This document shows positions 62,566-64,000 of a DNA stretch of 64,000 nucleotides, in pieces. The notes under the pieces are model-generated. The model saw only the letters and a list, made by a program, of their open reading frames with translations. It was not told where the DNA came from and searched no databases. How positions within the stretch are numbered: the first letter of the stretch is position 1; each line of letters starts with the position of its first letter. The stretch covers positions 3,280,768-3,344,767 of the forward strand of contig CAJINV010000009.1 of NCBI GenBank assembly GCA_905178155.1, written 5' to 3'. The position numbers and the translations under genes are program-made. The stretch comes from Amoebophrya sp. A120. Its lineage: Eukaryota; Protista; Dinoflagellata.

Positions 62566-63007
62566 GTGAACGGAGAGCGAAAGATCATCAGCTGGTCGAC
62601 GGTCGTTTCTTTTCGTTCTGGCTTCAACAAACAAGAACAGAGCAGCAATTTCGTGAACCATTACCTACAACTTTGCCACATGGATTCGTTTTCAACGGTT
62701 TGTCGTTTGTCGTCATCCCATTTAAAATTCGCCGTGTTCATCTTCTTGTCCTCGAGTCTGAAAAAGAGCGAGAAGTTGCATGTAGTCGTACTGGAGCGCA
62801 ACATGAGATTACACTGTAGTTGTATTTGAATAAAAATTGAAAAATGAAACAAGCAAAGTGATAGTTTGTTGATGTGGCGTGGAGAGATGAGTCTGCTACT
62901 GTTTCATCATCTACAGTTATCTGTAGCACTGCTCGTCCCTGCTGCACAAGTTGTGCACGGCTCTTTTCCGTATCGTTTTCCTCGTGATCGTGATGGTGAT
63001 TTATGGA

Positions 63008-63430
63008 AAATTTGAAAAGATGCTCCTTTAGCATCTTTTCAAATTTTGAAAACCACAGACGAGTAAGCGGACCCCGTCTTCTGCGGCTTCAAAAATTGAA
63101 AAGATGCTCCTTCAGCATCTTTTCAAATTTTGAAAAGCCCAGAAGAGCAGGCGACCCTCCTCTTTTGCGCCTTTTGAAATTCGAAAAGATGTTCCTTCAG
63201 CATCTTTTCAAATCCTGGAAACCACAGAAGAGTAAATTGCTCGGGTCTCTTGTGGCTTCGTTATGGAAAAGATGCTCCTTCAGCATCTTTTCAAATTTTG
63301 CAGGCCAAAGGCCACGCGCTTCAGATTTGAAAAGATGCTGAGAGGGCATCTTTTCAAATCTCAAGAACCACAGGAGAGCACAGCAGCTTTTTCGCCTGTT
63401 GGTTTTCAGATTTGAAAAGATGCGCCCCGA
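63008..63430. repeat. Tandem array of palindromes ttgaaaagatgct-N5-agcatcttttcaa, ~85-bp period
   Basis: Copies at about 63011, 63096, 63180, 63265, 63325 and a degenerate one at 63411. Confidence 0.9.
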
Positions 63431-64000
63431 GGTATATTTCCCCGTTTCAGCCGTGTCCACATCTGAAAATGTTGCGCCATGAAGCACGGGCCACCTCGTC
63501 AGGGGTTGCTCGCTCTTCAGGTCTCCCGGATCTCTCGACCCCTTTGGCTTCTCGGACAGCTGTGGTCTGTGCGCGCCTCCCTATTCTACCTAGACCTCCC
63601 CTTCCAGTTGGCTTTTCCGGGTTTCCCAGCATACGCCGTCTGTCCTCATTTTACTGGGTGCGCGCCAAGTCCTGAACCGCTAGGGGTTTGGGAAGCTGCG
63701 CAGAAGATGCGGTGGGCGCTGTTTCCGAATCAGGCCCAAGCCAGGCCGGGGCTGATAAGAGGGGGGGCGCAGCCTTTCGCTTGGCTACGCCTTGTGGAGG
63801 GTAAATTCGCCGGGGGCATTTTCCGCGTTTGTCGCTATTGCCGGGCGCCTTGCCTTACCTGCGCAAGCAGTCAGAGGCGCGCTCAGGGTCCATGGCCTCA
63901 TATGATTGGGAGGCTCGTTTGGGTGGCTTTTCTCTTTGGGGTCTTTGGCTTGCGTTTCTGCCCCGGACCTCGGGGCAGAAATAGAACAGCCCGGCTTGGC

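Larger units (their letters stand above)
60697..62640 (+). repeat. Three dispersed copies of ggagagcgaaagatcatcagctggtcgacggtcgtt (60697, 61695, 62572)
   Basis: Exact 36-bp match; copies 2 and 3 share a further ~30 bp. Confidence 0.9.

Noticed and set aside
63008-63430. CRISPR array
   Set aside because: The 'spacers' are related to each other and palindromic, the repeats are degenerate, no cas genes are present and the context is eukaryotic.

Overview
Eukaryotic, gene-dense nuclear DNA. All the intact genes I could model lie on the + strand. The dominant signal is an invasion of non-canonical 'introner' introns. I count 27 complete elements (153-1154 bp, about 10 terminal-inverted-repeat families) plus degenerate or truncated copies. 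Every complete element starts 5'-TAT, ends ATA-3' and sits between 5-bp direct repeats. For every copy inside a coding region, removing the element plus one repeat restores the reading frame. Copies occur in either orientation, and the short families share a repeated internal TTGT(C/G/A)ATGC motif. This architecture matches the IR/DR introners described for the parasitic dinoflagellate Amoebophrya (Farhat et al. 2021); the taxon is my inference. Genes: three paralogues of a putatively secreted family with an F-box-like motif, a large secreted coiled-coil protein, an LRR+WW-like protein, a second WW-like protein, a U-box protein, ESF2/ABT1, a YME2/RNA12-like protein and several hypotheticals. 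There are also LINE-like and copia relics, a DEAH-helicase fragment and a hairpin tandem array. All gene models were built by hand from splice signals and frame logic, without transcript data.
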